DNA from: Eledone cirrhosa
Lineage: Eukaryota
Assembly (NCBI GenBank): GCA_964016885.1
Contig: OZ024742.1
Span: forward strand, 267,716,001-267,780,000
Reading direction: 5' to 3'
Length of the DNA: 64,000 nucleotides
The notes below the pieces were generated by a model. It did not search any database. It saw only the letters and a list, made by a program, of their open reading frames with translations, and was not told the DNA's origin. A program made the translations under genes and the position numbers. Of the stretch, positions 1 to 12,404 are shown piece by piece (position 1 is the first letter of the stretch; each line of letters starts with the position of its first letter).

Positions 1-2215
1 ACGTCTACTGCAACTGGCAACAGAACGGGAGAATTCCCAGCTCTGTGAGCCGAGGAGCGGTGGCACTGCTGAGAAAGGATCCGAACAAGGGGGATAACAT
101 AGATAATTTCAGGCCCATAACTCTGCTAAACACAGAGTTCAAGATTTTGGCCAAGGTGCTAGCAAAGAGGTTGGCGCTAGTCGTTGGTGGTCTGGTGGGA
201 GAGGCGCAGACATGCGCCATTCCCGACAGATCCATCCAGGACAACCTCCACCTCATGCGATACATCGTAGAGATGGTAGCTAGGAAACCTGGCACGGGTG
301 GGTCTTTGATAAATTTAGAACCAGTCGAAAGCTTCGATAGGGTCGACCATCGTTACCTAGCGGCAGTCCATAGGGTGGCTGGCTTTGGGCCCGTCTTCAG
401 AGGCTGGATCACTGCCATGCACAGCGACATCTGCTCTGTGGTGAGACTGAACGGTCACCTTTCGGAACCGTTCAACATCATGCGCTCGATCCGCCAAGGA
501 TGTCCCCTCTCGTCCCTCTTGTACGTATTGACTCTCGAGCCATTACTGCACAAACTGGAGACGTTGAGGTGCGTCCCGCACGAACTAGGATGCGGAAGAT
601 CCGTGTCAGCATATGCGGACGATGTCACCGTAGTGGTGTCGAACGCCAAATACATCGAGGCGATCGGCACTACACTAAGAGAATACGAAGCGGTGACAGG
701 AGCAATGATCACCCAGGAAAGGTCAGTGGGCCTGCAGCTCGACACCTGGAGAGGCAGGTCCATGCCGTCCAACAGCTTCGTCGGACGCTGGACGGACGGA
801 CCGGTTAAATGGCTAGGGCTGGTTCGGTCCGGACCTCCAGACGGACAAAAACTGGGATGAGGTGACGAGCAGAGTGGCTTCTCTCACCCAGAAATGGGCC
901 GAGAGGAAGCTATCCCTGAAAGGTCGAGCGGAGGTGGCTAAGGCGTACATCGCGTCTGTCCCTCTGCTACCCCCTGACCATCGTACCTTGACCTAAGCCC
1001 CGCCTGACTGCTCTGGAGCGTTTGCTCTTTCGCTTTTTGTGGAAGGGACGCGCCGCGATGATCAGGCGGTCCATCTGTTGTAAACACCCGCTACGTGGAG
1101 GGCTGGGCATGCCGTGGCTGATGATGCGCAGATACGCGCTCAGGCTACGATATCTCCACCTCTTCCTCGACGGTGATCAGGTGTGGTCGCCGTTTGCTAG
1201 ACACGTCTTTCCCCAGCTCGTTTCCTTGACAGAGCTTCAGTCGTGGGTCAAGCGAAGACGGAGAGAGAGCAACTGGAGACTGGAATGTCTTCAGGCGCTC
1301 ACAGCCCTCGACCAATCGGGCAATGTGATCGGTGGAAACTGCACCTCGGCGTTCTATAGAGGATTAGTGGAGGGCAAGAGCGACGACGTACTTGGGGAAA
1401 CTCTAGGCGTCGACGAAATCAACTAGCCAATCTCTTCGGAAGGACTTTCGGGCCGGGGCCTATGGACAACTTCCAGAAATCTCTGGCCTGGCAGTGACAC
1501 CGAGGAGCCTTGCCAGTTCGAGATAAACTCTACAGGCATGGAGGTTCCGTCAGCCGGGCATGTCCGAGATGCGTGCAGGGCGACGAAACCGTCCTGCACG
1601 CACTCGTCCAATGTCAGAAAATTGCTGACTTGTAGGTTTATGTCCAACACCTGCTGTCACGTGTAGGACGGATCCGGCTATCATCTGAGTCCATCGTGAG
1701 GATTGCTCCGCCCTCATCCTTTAGCCGTGAAGGGCAGGCAGTTTTTATCTGTCTGGTGGCCATGGAGAAAGAGATAGTATGGTGGACACGTTTGAAAGGG
1801 CTGAAGACGAGCACTTACCCCTTCGGTGATGCCCTGATTGACTTTTTCAAATTTCATTTGAAAAGGAAAATCAGGGTAGAAAGGGAAGTGCTCTCTTCCC
1901 AGCATTTTGTTGAAAGATGGGTGAGAGAGGCAAGAATGGCCCGAGTGAATGGGCCTACTCTGAGCATGTGTCTGTAAATTAAAGGAGGAAAACTGGGAGA
2001 GGGCACTTGCCCTGGTTGTTATGGTCACTGTGGATTTTTAATGGGCTTTCTCCACGAATGTCCCTCGGAAGACTCCCCCCTATTGGGGAATTTTTCATTG
2101 TTCTATTATTCCATCCTCTGTTTCTTGTTTTTTTACACGCAGAAATGCCCATTTGTACCGCCCTGTATTGTCCTGTACTGTCCTTAATGTCTACTTTATG
2201 TAATGTCTACTTTAT
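1..2215 (+). mobile_element. Tx1/L1-clade non-LTR retrotransposon, 3' part of ORF2 and 3' UTR, degenerate, runs off window edge
   Basis: RT motifs FRPITLLNTEFKILAK, QGCPLS and YADDV in ORF 45..860; CPRC..ET..H...C knuckle near 1560; frameshifts and stops; closely matches 7230-9390. Confidence 0.9.
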
Positions 2216-2358
2216 CAGCATGTCAACAATACAGCGTTCCAGCGGAGGTAAATATAAACGAAAATATTACAAAGGAAAAAAGATTGTTACAGATTTAAAA
2301 TTAACAAATATTTCTAACACAAACAACACCAACAATAACACCAACAACATCACCATAT

Positions 2359-3577
2359 ACGACACACCTAGGTCTTCTGCCCTCGAGGATTACGGTGAGG
2401 TGGCTGCCGTCAGTGAGGTCTATTACCTCTGGGATGTCCTCAATACTTTTATGGTCCGCTTGGATCAGGAGTTCCATCCCAGATCCGGACCAGTTCTCCT
2501 TCTTTTCTTTCGCTATTTCAATTATGTTGGTGTTGGCCTCGATGCCGGCGAGGACGGCAGCCATTAGCCAGGGAATTTCGATGGCCGGTGGAACGTGGGT
2601 CACCCTGATCTTCACAAGTCTTTGACCACAATAGCTTGGGATGAGTGTGAAGTCGTCACTTCTTAATGGGGCCATGGAGTGTTCTCTGGCCTCCTGTGGT
2701 GTTTCAAAGAACACGTCCACGGTTCCATACTTCTGCCCACGTCTGATGTGGGGTTTTTTTGCCCACACATGTCCCAAAGCTTTTTGGATTTGGGACTCGG
2801 CTGCCCGTTCCACTCGGCGCGATTTTATGTTAATTGTCTGATAAGACACGGTGCATAGACAACGTTGCTCCATTTTATTAGCTGGGGGTGAGGCTGACCC
2901 TCTACCCATCTTTCTTTACCATTCCTTTGGCTTCTTCTAATTCCTCCTGAGTTACCTGGATCGCTTCGCATGTTTTTGCTACTCTGACAAAACTCAGGGT
3001 AGTTTTCTTAATTTCATTGTTGCTGTTGTTGTTATCGTTATTTTTGCTATTGTTAATTTTAGTTTCAGTTGTGGTGGTGGTGGCGTCAGTGGTGTTCGGT
3101 GTGGAAGATTTCATTTTGGTTCGAATTCATTTCAATATCACGAGTTAATTTATTTTTTTCTTTTGTTTCTGTTGTAACGGTGGTGGTGGCGGCTTTAACA
3201 CCTGCAGTCATTGGTAATGTTGGGAAATGAACGTCTGCCTGATACAAATTTAAAATATTGCTACTGGTTACATTTCCAGTGTTGGCAAACGTAGCAATAT
3301 TTACAATGGTGGTGTCGGTGTGAGGTGTTAGATTGTGAGGAAGGAGTGACTCTGAGTCATCCATTACTTTTCAAAGAAAAATTTTTGTTTGATAATTATA
3401 AAAAGTTTAAATTTTGGGCTCAAGGCCCCAATATTTTCGAGTGTTCTTTTCAGAAATCAATGTATGTGCACTTATATACAGTTAACAATAAAAATGTTCC
3501 ATAAATGGCAATTTTAAATAACTGAAAATAACAAACCCTTGCGGAGCTCACGATGATACGATTTACTACGTAGGTCG
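2359..3577 (-). mobile_element. Tx1 element 5' UTR and N-terminal half of ORF1 (inverted relative to the body at 4814-9465)
   Basis: ORF 2301..2909(-) ends in VIDLTDGSHLTVILEGRRPRCVV, the peptide that begins the + strand ORF1 at 4814; starts right next to an (AAT)n tract. Confidence 0.75.
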
Positions 3578-3579
3578 CC

Positions 3580-3620
<41 letters not shown>
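3578..3620. repeat. (AAT)n tract, tail/target between two Tx1 copies
   Basis: Direct reading. Confidence 0.95.
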
Positions 3621-4632
3621 TGATTTCTTTATTGGCCACAAGGGCTGACATCAAGAAAAACATTACAGACGGCACAGGAGGGTTCGATGTGGGTTTTGTG
3701 CGTGTAAACATTTTTATTATTTATATAAGAAAAGAAAAATAGCACATAGAAACATATATACATATAAAAAATAAAAATGAAAATTGAAACAATGAAAAAT
3801 TCCCCAACAGGGGGGAAACCTCCGAGGGTTACTCATGGTGAAAACCACACAAAAGACCACTGCCACCCTGACCACCAGGGCAAGCGCCCTCTCTCAATTT
3901 TTCGATTTCTCAAACTACAGACGTATATTCAGAGCGGTCCCGTTCACTCGGACCATTCTCGCTACATTCACCCACCTTTCAACAAACTTGCTAGAAGGCA
4001 GCATTTGCGTCTCCACCCTGATTTTCCTCTTCAAGTGAAACTTGAAAAAGTTAATTAGGGATACGCCGAAGAATAAAGTGTCTGTCTTTAACCCTTTCAA
4101 CCTTGTCCACCACACAATCTCTTTCGCTATGGACACCAGGCAAATGAAAACCGCCTGCCCTTCATCCTCGAAGGAAGACGGCGAGACCATCTGCACAATG
4201 GACTCAGTGGATAACCGGATCAGTCCTACACGCGACAGCAACTGTTCGACATAGATCCACAAGTCAGCATGCTCGGGCACTGAACGAGTGCGTGATCGAC
4301 TGTTTCGTCGCTCAGCGCGCATCTCGGACAGGCTCGTTTGACGGCACTTGCGTGCCTGTAGAGCTTATCTCGAACTGGCAACGCTCCCCGGTAGCACTTC
4401 CAGGCCAGGGATTTGGGAAGTTATCCATAGGCCCCGGGCTGAAAGTTCTCCGGAAGATGGCAAACAGCTGATCTTCTTCGACGCGCAGGATCTCTCCGAG
4501 AACGTCGTCGCACTTCCCCTCCATTAGTCCTCTATAGAACGCCGAGGTGGATGTTCCACCGATACTGGTGCCCAACTGGGAGAGGGCAGTGAGCGCCTGG
4601 AGACATTCCAGTTTCCAAGCGCTATCCCTCGG
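3618..4632 (-). mobile_element. Tx1 3' fragment (related subfamily): ORF2 C-terminus and 3' UTR with AATAAA
   Basis: ORF 3915..4322(-) GQAVFICLVSIAKEIVWWTRLKGLK matches the ORF2 end at 8517-9170; minus strand ends CCCTTGTGGCCAATAAAGAAATCATC(ATT)n. Confidence 0.9.
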
Positions 4633-4813
4633 TCTTGTTTTCGTTGATACTGTTGCTGCTGTTACTGTTATTGTGGCTGTTGTTATTATTGTTGTTTTTG
4701 TTGATACTGTTCCTACTATTATTGTTGTTGTGGCTGTTGTTATTGTCATTGTTAATGTCGTTCTCGACGTTACCGCTGTTATTTTTGTTATTGTCGTTCT
4801 CGACCTTACCGCT

Positions 4814-7800
4814 GTAATAGACCTCACTGACGGCAGCCACCTCAACGTAATCCTCGAGGGCAGAAGACATAGGTGTGTCGTTTGTGTTGAAGGAACCCAG
4901 CTAAGGGCTTTTTGCCCTCAGATTAAAAGGTTGAGGCCACCTCTCTTACCCACCCCAGTGACTCAACCATCAACACCACCGGCAGCAGAAATGGCAGCAA
5001 CAACCGTAGCAACCACAACAGAAGCAACTGTATCAGCAACAACCCCAGCAACAGTAGCAAAACCAACACCACCACCACCCAACGCGCGAGAACTAGCACC
5101 AGCTACTACACCATCCACCATGCCACAACCCAAACCAACGCCTGTGGAGGATTTTCCACTCCCCGGCTTATCGCAACTGGAGACAGATTGTGACGACGAG
5201 GAGTTGGAAACGGTATCAGGAAAAAAGAAAAAAAGAAACCAAAAAAGAAAAAATTCTCTTCCTTCCCCCTCCAAAAACAAAATACAGAGGGAAAATAATA
5301 AACTATCAAACAAAAAAGTTAGGACAGACATGCCACCATCCACACCAGCATCACCAACCCCATCACCCCAAATACCAACACCATCACCATCATTAACCCC
5401 AACACCACCATCACCTACACCACAAAAGTCACCAAAATGCGAAACAGAAACAAACTCACAACAAACGCAAACAAAACAAAACAGCATTAAATTTGAACAA
5501 CAACCAATTATTACACTTCATCCAACACAACACCAGCATCACAGAAAAAGACTACACAACAAACCAAAAATTCACACCACCTCCACACATACAAATCACT
5601 CGCATTACACAGAAAACGTACATGACACTAAAACAAAAATTCCCCAAAGATATCGGAGACTTCCGACAAGCACTCTCCAGGAGGATTTATAAGGACATCC
5701 TTCCTGAGGAGGCCACAAGCAGTGAAAAGCATGGAAAAACCGTCCTTCCTCTACGAGAAGTAAGGTAAGTGGTCTTCCCCATCTTTTCCACTCCTTTTCA
5801 ACATGACCTCACTCAGAATAGGCAGCATAAATGCGCGGGGCTTGGGATCGTCATGGAAGCAGGGCCACCTGCTCAACGACCTCAGGTCACTAAACATAGA
5901 TGTAGTGGCCATCAGCGAGACCAGAATCTCCGAAGCACGGGCCTTCGCACCGATCTTCGGCGGCTACGGTGTGTACGCATCTCCCAGCCGTCCGGGATCG
6001 GGGGAAGGAGTTGCTGTGCTTTTTCGGAGAGGTTTGGATCTTGCCATACGGGCCATCTTACTGAACCCAGAAGGTAAGTTGGTGGTGCTGGACGTGACCA
6101 GCGGAGACGGGCAAGCTTTCAGGCTAGTAGTGGCCGTCTATGCCCCGACAGGAGCAGGGCGGCCTGATTTCTTCCGGCGTCTAGAGACCTTTCTTGGAAC
6201 GTCCCGCTCTTTAGTGTTAGTCGGCGACTGGAACGGGATCTTAGATGCACGCTGGGATTGTGTGGGATTAGTGGATAGGGAAGGAGGGTGCAAGAGTCTC
6301 ACCAACCTGCTCAGGCGTTTTGAACTGTCTGACGATTGGATTTCCCGAATGTACCAATGTGGACTTGGACAAATCGCATAGGGTCATCCAGATCATATCT
6401 AGATAGAGTATTTTGTAGGGAAATAGATAGGTCTAGCATAGGCTGTCCACAATTCAAGATAGTCAGCTACACGGACCACAAATTCGTGATCTGTGTGCTT
6501 GACTTAGATAGGCTTCATAGACGAGGAGCCGGCTACTGGAAGCTAAACGCATCCTTACCAGCGCGCAAGGCCTACAGAGACCGGATTAGCGAACTAGTTA
6601 AGCGGGCGTTGACGGGAGCCATCGTCAACAACAAGTTGTGGTTTGCTCTGAAAAGAGCAATTATAATAGAGTCCATTAGGTTTAGTAAGGCTTTAGCAAT
6701 AGAGAAAAATAGAGCAGAGAGAGAATTAGTTAGAAAATTAGACGAGGCGCTTTGCAAAGGCATCGCGACCGACGTACTTGCCGCGAAATTGGCCCTTGAC
6801 CAATTCTTCAATGCAAAGCACGAAGGCTGCGTTGTCAGAGCTAGGGTGCGTGCTCTCAGAGACGAGGGGACGAAAGCCGTTCAATGGGCCCGAGTGGTGG
6901 AGGCGCGTCGTGGCAACAAAGCCACGATCCGGTCTTTGGTGGACCACGACGGGCGCATGCTACTCGAAATGTGTGAAGCTTTTCAGCGACACTTCGCTCA
7001 AATGTTCGGGGGCAGTGGCGGGCCGGATCGAGGGATGGACTTTAGTATCTTCCTCGACGGACTGCCGCGGCTCTCGGCCACTGAGGGGGAGTGTTGCGAA
7101 AAGCCGATAACAGCCGCTGAAGTACGGGAGGCATTGACTGGCTGCACAAGGTGTAAATCGCTTGGTTTGGATGGTCTGCCCTATGAACTTTACGTACAAA
7201 TGCCAGACTTGTTCGGAGACCTCTTGGCGGACGTCTACTGCAACTGGCAACAGAACGGGAGAATTCACAGCTCTGTGAGCCGAGGAGCGGTGGAGCTGCT
7301 GAGAAAGGATCCGAACAAGGGGGATAACATAGAAGATTTTGGCCAAGGTGCTAGCAAAGAGGTTGGCGCTTGTCGTTGGTGGTCTGGTGGGAGAGGCGCA
7401 GACATGCGCCATTCCCGACAGATCCATCCACGACAACCACCACCTCATGCGATACATCGTAGAGAGAGTAGCTAGGGAAACTGGCACGGGTGGGTCTTTG
7501 ATCAATTTAGATCAGTCGAAAGCCTTCGATAGGGTCGACCATCGTTACCTAGCGGCAGTCCTGATTGCGGCTGGCTTTGGGCCCGTCTTCAGAGGCTGGA
7601 TCGCTGTCATGCACAGCGACATCTTCTCTGTAGTGAGAGTGAACGGTCACCTTTCGGAACCGTTCAACATCATGCGCTCGGTCCGCCAAGGATGACCCCC
7701 CTCGTCCCTATTGTACGTATTCACTCTCAAGCCATTACTGCACAAACTGGAGACGTTGAGGGGGGTCCCGCGCGAACTAGGATACGGAAGATCTGTGTCA

Positions 7801-9465
7801 GCATATGCGGACGATGTCACCGTAGTGGTGTCGAACGCCAAACACATCGAGGCGATCGGCATTACACTAAGAGAATACGAAGCGGTGACAGGAGCAATGA
7901 TCAACCAGGAAAAGTCAGTGGGCCTGCAGCTCGACACCTGGAGAGGCAGGTCCATGCCGTCCAACAGCGTCGTCGGGCGCCGGACGGACGGACCGGTTAA
8001 ATTGCTAGGGGTCTGGTTCGGTCCAGACCTCCAGACGGACAAAAACTGGGACGAGGTGACGGGCAGGGTGGCTTCTCTCACCCAGAAATGGGCCGAGAGG
8101 AAGCTATCCCTGAAAGGTCGAGCGGAGGTGGCTAACGCGTACATCGCGTCCGTCATCTACTACCGCCTGACCGTCGTACCTTGTCCTAAGCCCCGCCTGA
8201 CTGCGCTGGAGCGTTTGCTCTTTCGCTTCTTGTGGAAGGGACGCGCTCCGATGGTCAGGCGGTCCATCTGCTGTCAACACCCGCTACGTGGAGGGCTGGG
8301 AATGCCGTGGCTGATGATGCGCAGACACGCGCTCAGGCTACGATATCTCCACCTCTTCCTCGACCGTGATCAGGTGTGGTCGCCGTTTGCTAGACACGTT
8401 TTTCCCCAGCTCGTCTCCTTGACGGAGCTGCAGTCCTGGGTCAAGCGAAGATCAGAGGGAGCGCTTGGAGACTGGAATGTCTTCAGGCGCTCACAGCCCT
8501 CGACCAATCGGGAAATGTGATCGGTGGAAACTCCACCTTGGCGTTCTATAGGGGATTAGTGGAGGGGAAGAGCGACGACGTACTTGGAGAAACTCTAGGC
8601 GTCGACGAAAATCTACTAGCCAATCTCTTCGGAAGGACTTTCGGGCCGGGGCCTATGGACAACTTCCAGAAATCCCTGGCCTGGCAGTGCTACCGGGGAG
8701 CTTTGCCAGTTCGGGATAAACTCTACAGGCACGGAGGTGCCGTCAGCCGGGCATGTCCGAGATGCGCACAGGGCGACGAAACCATCCTGCACGCACTCGT
8801 CCAGTGTCCGAGCATTGCTGGCTTGTGGGTTTATGTCGAACACCTGCTGTCACGTGTAGGACGGATCCAGCTATCAGCTGAGTCCATCGTGAGGATTTCC
8901 CTGCCCTCTTCCTTTAGCCGGGAAGGGCAGGCAGTTTTTATCTGTCTGGTGGCCATGGCGAAAGAGATAGTATGGTGGACACGTTTGAAAGGGCTGAAGA
9001 CGAGCACTTACCTCTTCGGTGATGCCCTGATTAACTTTTTCAAATTTCATCTGAAAAGGAAAATCAGGGTAGAGAGGGAAGTGCTCTCTTCCCAGCATTT
9101 TGTTGAAAGATGGGTGAGAGAAGCAAGTATGGCCCGAATGAATGGGCCTTCTCTGAGTATGTGTCTGTAAATTAAATGTGGAAAACTGGGAGAGGGCACT
9201 TGCCCTGGTTGTCAGGCTCACTGTGGTCTTTTTGGGGGGGCTTTCTCCACAAATGTCCCTCGGAAGTCTCCCCCATATTGGGGAATTTTTCTTTGTTATT
9301 TTATTACATCCTCTTTTTCTTTTACACGCAGAAATGCCCATTTGTACCGTCCTGTATTGTCCTGTACTGTCCTTAATGTCTACTTTATGTAAACCCTTGT
9401 GGTTAATAAAGAAAACATTATTATCATTATTATTATTATTATTAATATTACTATTATTATTATAA
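4814..9465 (+). mobile_element. Tx1/L1-clade non-LTR retrotransposon: ORF1 C-half, ORF2, 3' UTR, (ATT)n tail
   Basis: Degenerate zinc knuckle and Pro/Thr-rich ORF1; ORF2 with APE, RT and CCHC; AATAAA near 9405 followed by (ATT)n. Confidence 0.92.
5803..9170 (+). pseudogene. Tx1 ORF2 (APE endonuclease, reverse transcriptase, CCHC), frameshifted
   Basis: SINARGL, ISETR, VYAP, GDWNG, SYLDR, YTDHK, GYWKLN, DQSKAFDRV, YADDV and CPRCAQGDETILHALVQC across ORFs 5803, 6336, 7339, 7711 and 8517. Confidence 0.92.
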
Positions 9466-9699
9466 TCAATATCTGTACAAATATTCAACTTAACAATATT
9501 CTGCAAATCCACAGTTAACATTTCATATAATGCTGAAACCGGTATTGTAAATAAATTAATGTTTTTATATCTCACTGAAAAAAGCTTTTCAACATTTTTT
9601 ACTGAAAGAATCTTTTCCCTGTCTACTATTTGTTTTCATATATATCAACTCATGTGTTACTTTCTGCATTCGATACATCATACCCTCACACGAGATACA

Positions 9700-11773
9700 G
9701 AAAATGCCGACAAAAAACACACCCAACTATGATTAACATAAATGAAGAGATACTCAAGGAACTGCAGAATATAAACACTAATCTGTCAGTACTCGTCAAC
9801 AAACTAGAGTTGACAAATGAGGAAACCAACCCCAAATACAATTCCTCCCCAAATCAGCGAAAAACTCCACAACCTATGTGAAACGATTAAAACATACTTT
9901 ACGAATAACACAAACCTAATAAAAAAAAAACGAGGAACCATCTGTCATATATACTCTAACAAAATAATAAAACCAAATAATACCACAATGGAACACATCA
10001 CCCAGAGACCGAAAATTCTCCTTTTGGAAGATGATCCAAAACAACAACAAAGCGGAGATTTATGAAAAATGGCTCAATTCATACACATTAATTCTTCCCC
10101 GCAAACTAAAGATTAAACCCATCCCCGATGAACCCGAGACACAAAGACGATATAGGGAAAGAATGGCACTGGAACAAATGAAGACAGAAATTGAACTTCA
10201 CAAATTGAGAGCTCAGACAAATGAGGATAAATTTAAATCTATCAACGAAGAGATCAACCAAGAAATTAACAAAAAGACTCAAGGCACCAACCTAGAAAAT
10301 ATCTCTAAACTATGAATACAGGATTGCAACATGGAAGAACTGAAAGCCCTTCAACGCTGGGAAAAAAGCAGAATACTCTTCCAACAATCCCTTGTTAAAA
10401 CCAGAAAACCTAAACACCACTCAAACACTGTTCAACAACCAACAAACAAACACAACCTGCCCCCCCCCCCTACAAAAAAAAAAAGAAGGCAACACCTTAC
10501 CCTTACCTCTTAACCCAACTCTGCAGCAACTACGCGGACACCCCTGCAACACACAATGAAATAAGGAAACATCACCGCCAGGATGGTCATTACAGCCCCT
10601 CTTCTACTAGGAGATACCAAAGAAACCTCCATTCTTACAACCTCCAACCCACACACACAACAAACCCAAACTACTCGATATTTTCAGCAACGAGGGGCCT
10701 CTAAAACACAACTACCACACATGATACATAGAGACACACAACCACACACTGAATATAGGGACGCCCTAATTAACCCACATCCACGAACCCGAACCTTCAA
10801 TAACAACAGCAGGGAACAATGCAACCACAGGAGACAACGCAACATCAACAACCATCTCAACTACCTTAATAACCTTTTAGACCCACTACACAGACACGGG
10901 GGAAACGAGATGACAGAAGACATACAGGAGAGACCAAAAGTAATAAATGTAATAAATTTAACCACTAAAGAACTAACAACAGACCAAATCAAATTTACAC
11001 CGGCCCCCCCCCCCCCCCCAACGTCCAAACTACCCCGAAATGAAGGAGGACATTGCGGAATTGTGTAGAAAACTAAGACTTAGTGAGTAACTACACAAGT
11101 ACAATGAGGACGCTTCGCTAGCTAGAAATAAAAGCAACTACACCCTATCAAAAGGTAAGAACAAATTCCTTGACCAAATTCTACGAACACTTTACAAATT
11201 ACCCATATCAACATCTACACAGACATAAACACATACATAAATTCAACTAGAAAGAATGGGATGAACTTAACAGTTTAAAGAATGATAAAACTTTAACAAT
11301 CAGAGAGGCGGATAAAGGGAGTGCGGTAGTCCTTATGGAGACAGAATATTATACAACCCTAGTACTTTCATCTTTAGAAGACATACTACGAAAAGGCTCA
11401 ACGCTACAGCCAACAGAAAATAATGAGAAACGTAAAAACTCAAACAACCCTTTACAGAGAAGCACTTACCGACAAGAAATACAACTATATCACTGACTTC
11501 AAAAGCAACCAGCCTTTTCTACGGTATCCCTAAGATACACAAAAGCGAAAAAATAAGTAAGGCATGCAAGGAAGCTACATGCATATTCATCAATGTCCCC
11601 TCACCCAATCACCTCAAATTAAGACCTATAATAAGACCTACAAGCAGGTCCCGCTTGTGAAACTCACCACCTCAGCAACTTCCTCGATATCCTGTTAAAA
11701 CCATTCCTGAAACAGATTAAAAGCTACACAAGGGATGACCTTGATATGCTCAACCACCTCCCAAAAATACTTA
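9700..11773 (+). mobile_element. Penelope-like element remnant (N-terminal region and start of RT), 3' truncated
   Basis: Broken frames give IREADKGSAVVL, FYGIPKIHK, LRPII, HLSNFLDILLKP and YTRDDLDML, typical PLE RT N-terminal motifs. Confidence 0.8.
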
Positions 11774-11893
11774 ATAATTGTTTCTACTTTTGGCACAAGG
11801 CCAGCAATTATTCCAGTGTATTACTGGTACTTTATTTTATCGACCCCCTAAGGATGAGATGCGGGATTTGAACTCAAAATGGCAAGGACCGTA
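11773..11893 (-). mobile_element. tRNA-derived SINE, truncated and internally deleted
   Basis: Same family as 30237-30424. Confidence 0.85.
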
Positions 11894-11907
11894 ATAATAA
11901 TAATAAT

Positions 11908-12122
11908 AATGTTGATGATTTCTTCTAAGAAAAAATATCAAGATAGATGTTTTTAGAAACAATCCCCCACCCCCCGACTGAAATTGCTGCTAGGGATGGA
12001 ATTAGTACCTCAATAACTCCCAATCTTCTTAGTGTCAAAAAAAACAAACAAGGTCAATGTTGATTTCTGCTGAGAAAAAATACCAAGATAGATATTTTAG
12101 AAGCAATCAACCCCCCTCCGCC
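11908..12122. repeat. Imperfect ~65-bp direct repeat pair (near 11908 and 12056)
   Basis: aatgttgat..ttct..agaaaaaata.caagatagat..tttagaa.caatc..cccc occurs twice. Confidence 0.7.
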
Positions 12123-12404
12123 GGCCAATTCTACTGTCACCTGGCCTTTCAAACCAATCCCAGCTGGAACCTGTACCCACTCCTCAAAGGGCCTCTCACA
12201 GCAGTCTACTAACACAACTATCCCCTGCCTCCTCCTCCTCTTTATTCTTCTCCTCTCTCCTTCTTCTTCTAGCCTCTCCTACTACCAGTTACAACTAAGC
12301 TAAAAGCAGAGTATGATGGACATAGAAATGAACTCTCTTCTCTGAATGAACATGTATGTGAAAATAATTTTTTCTTCCCCTTTTTATTTTTATTTATTAT
12401 TATA

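Noticed and set aside
4547-5692. 381-aa ORF with a hydrophobic N-terminus resembling a membrane or mucin protein
   Set aside because: Chimeric frame across the inversion junction: antisense low-complexity sequence plus Tx1 ORF1
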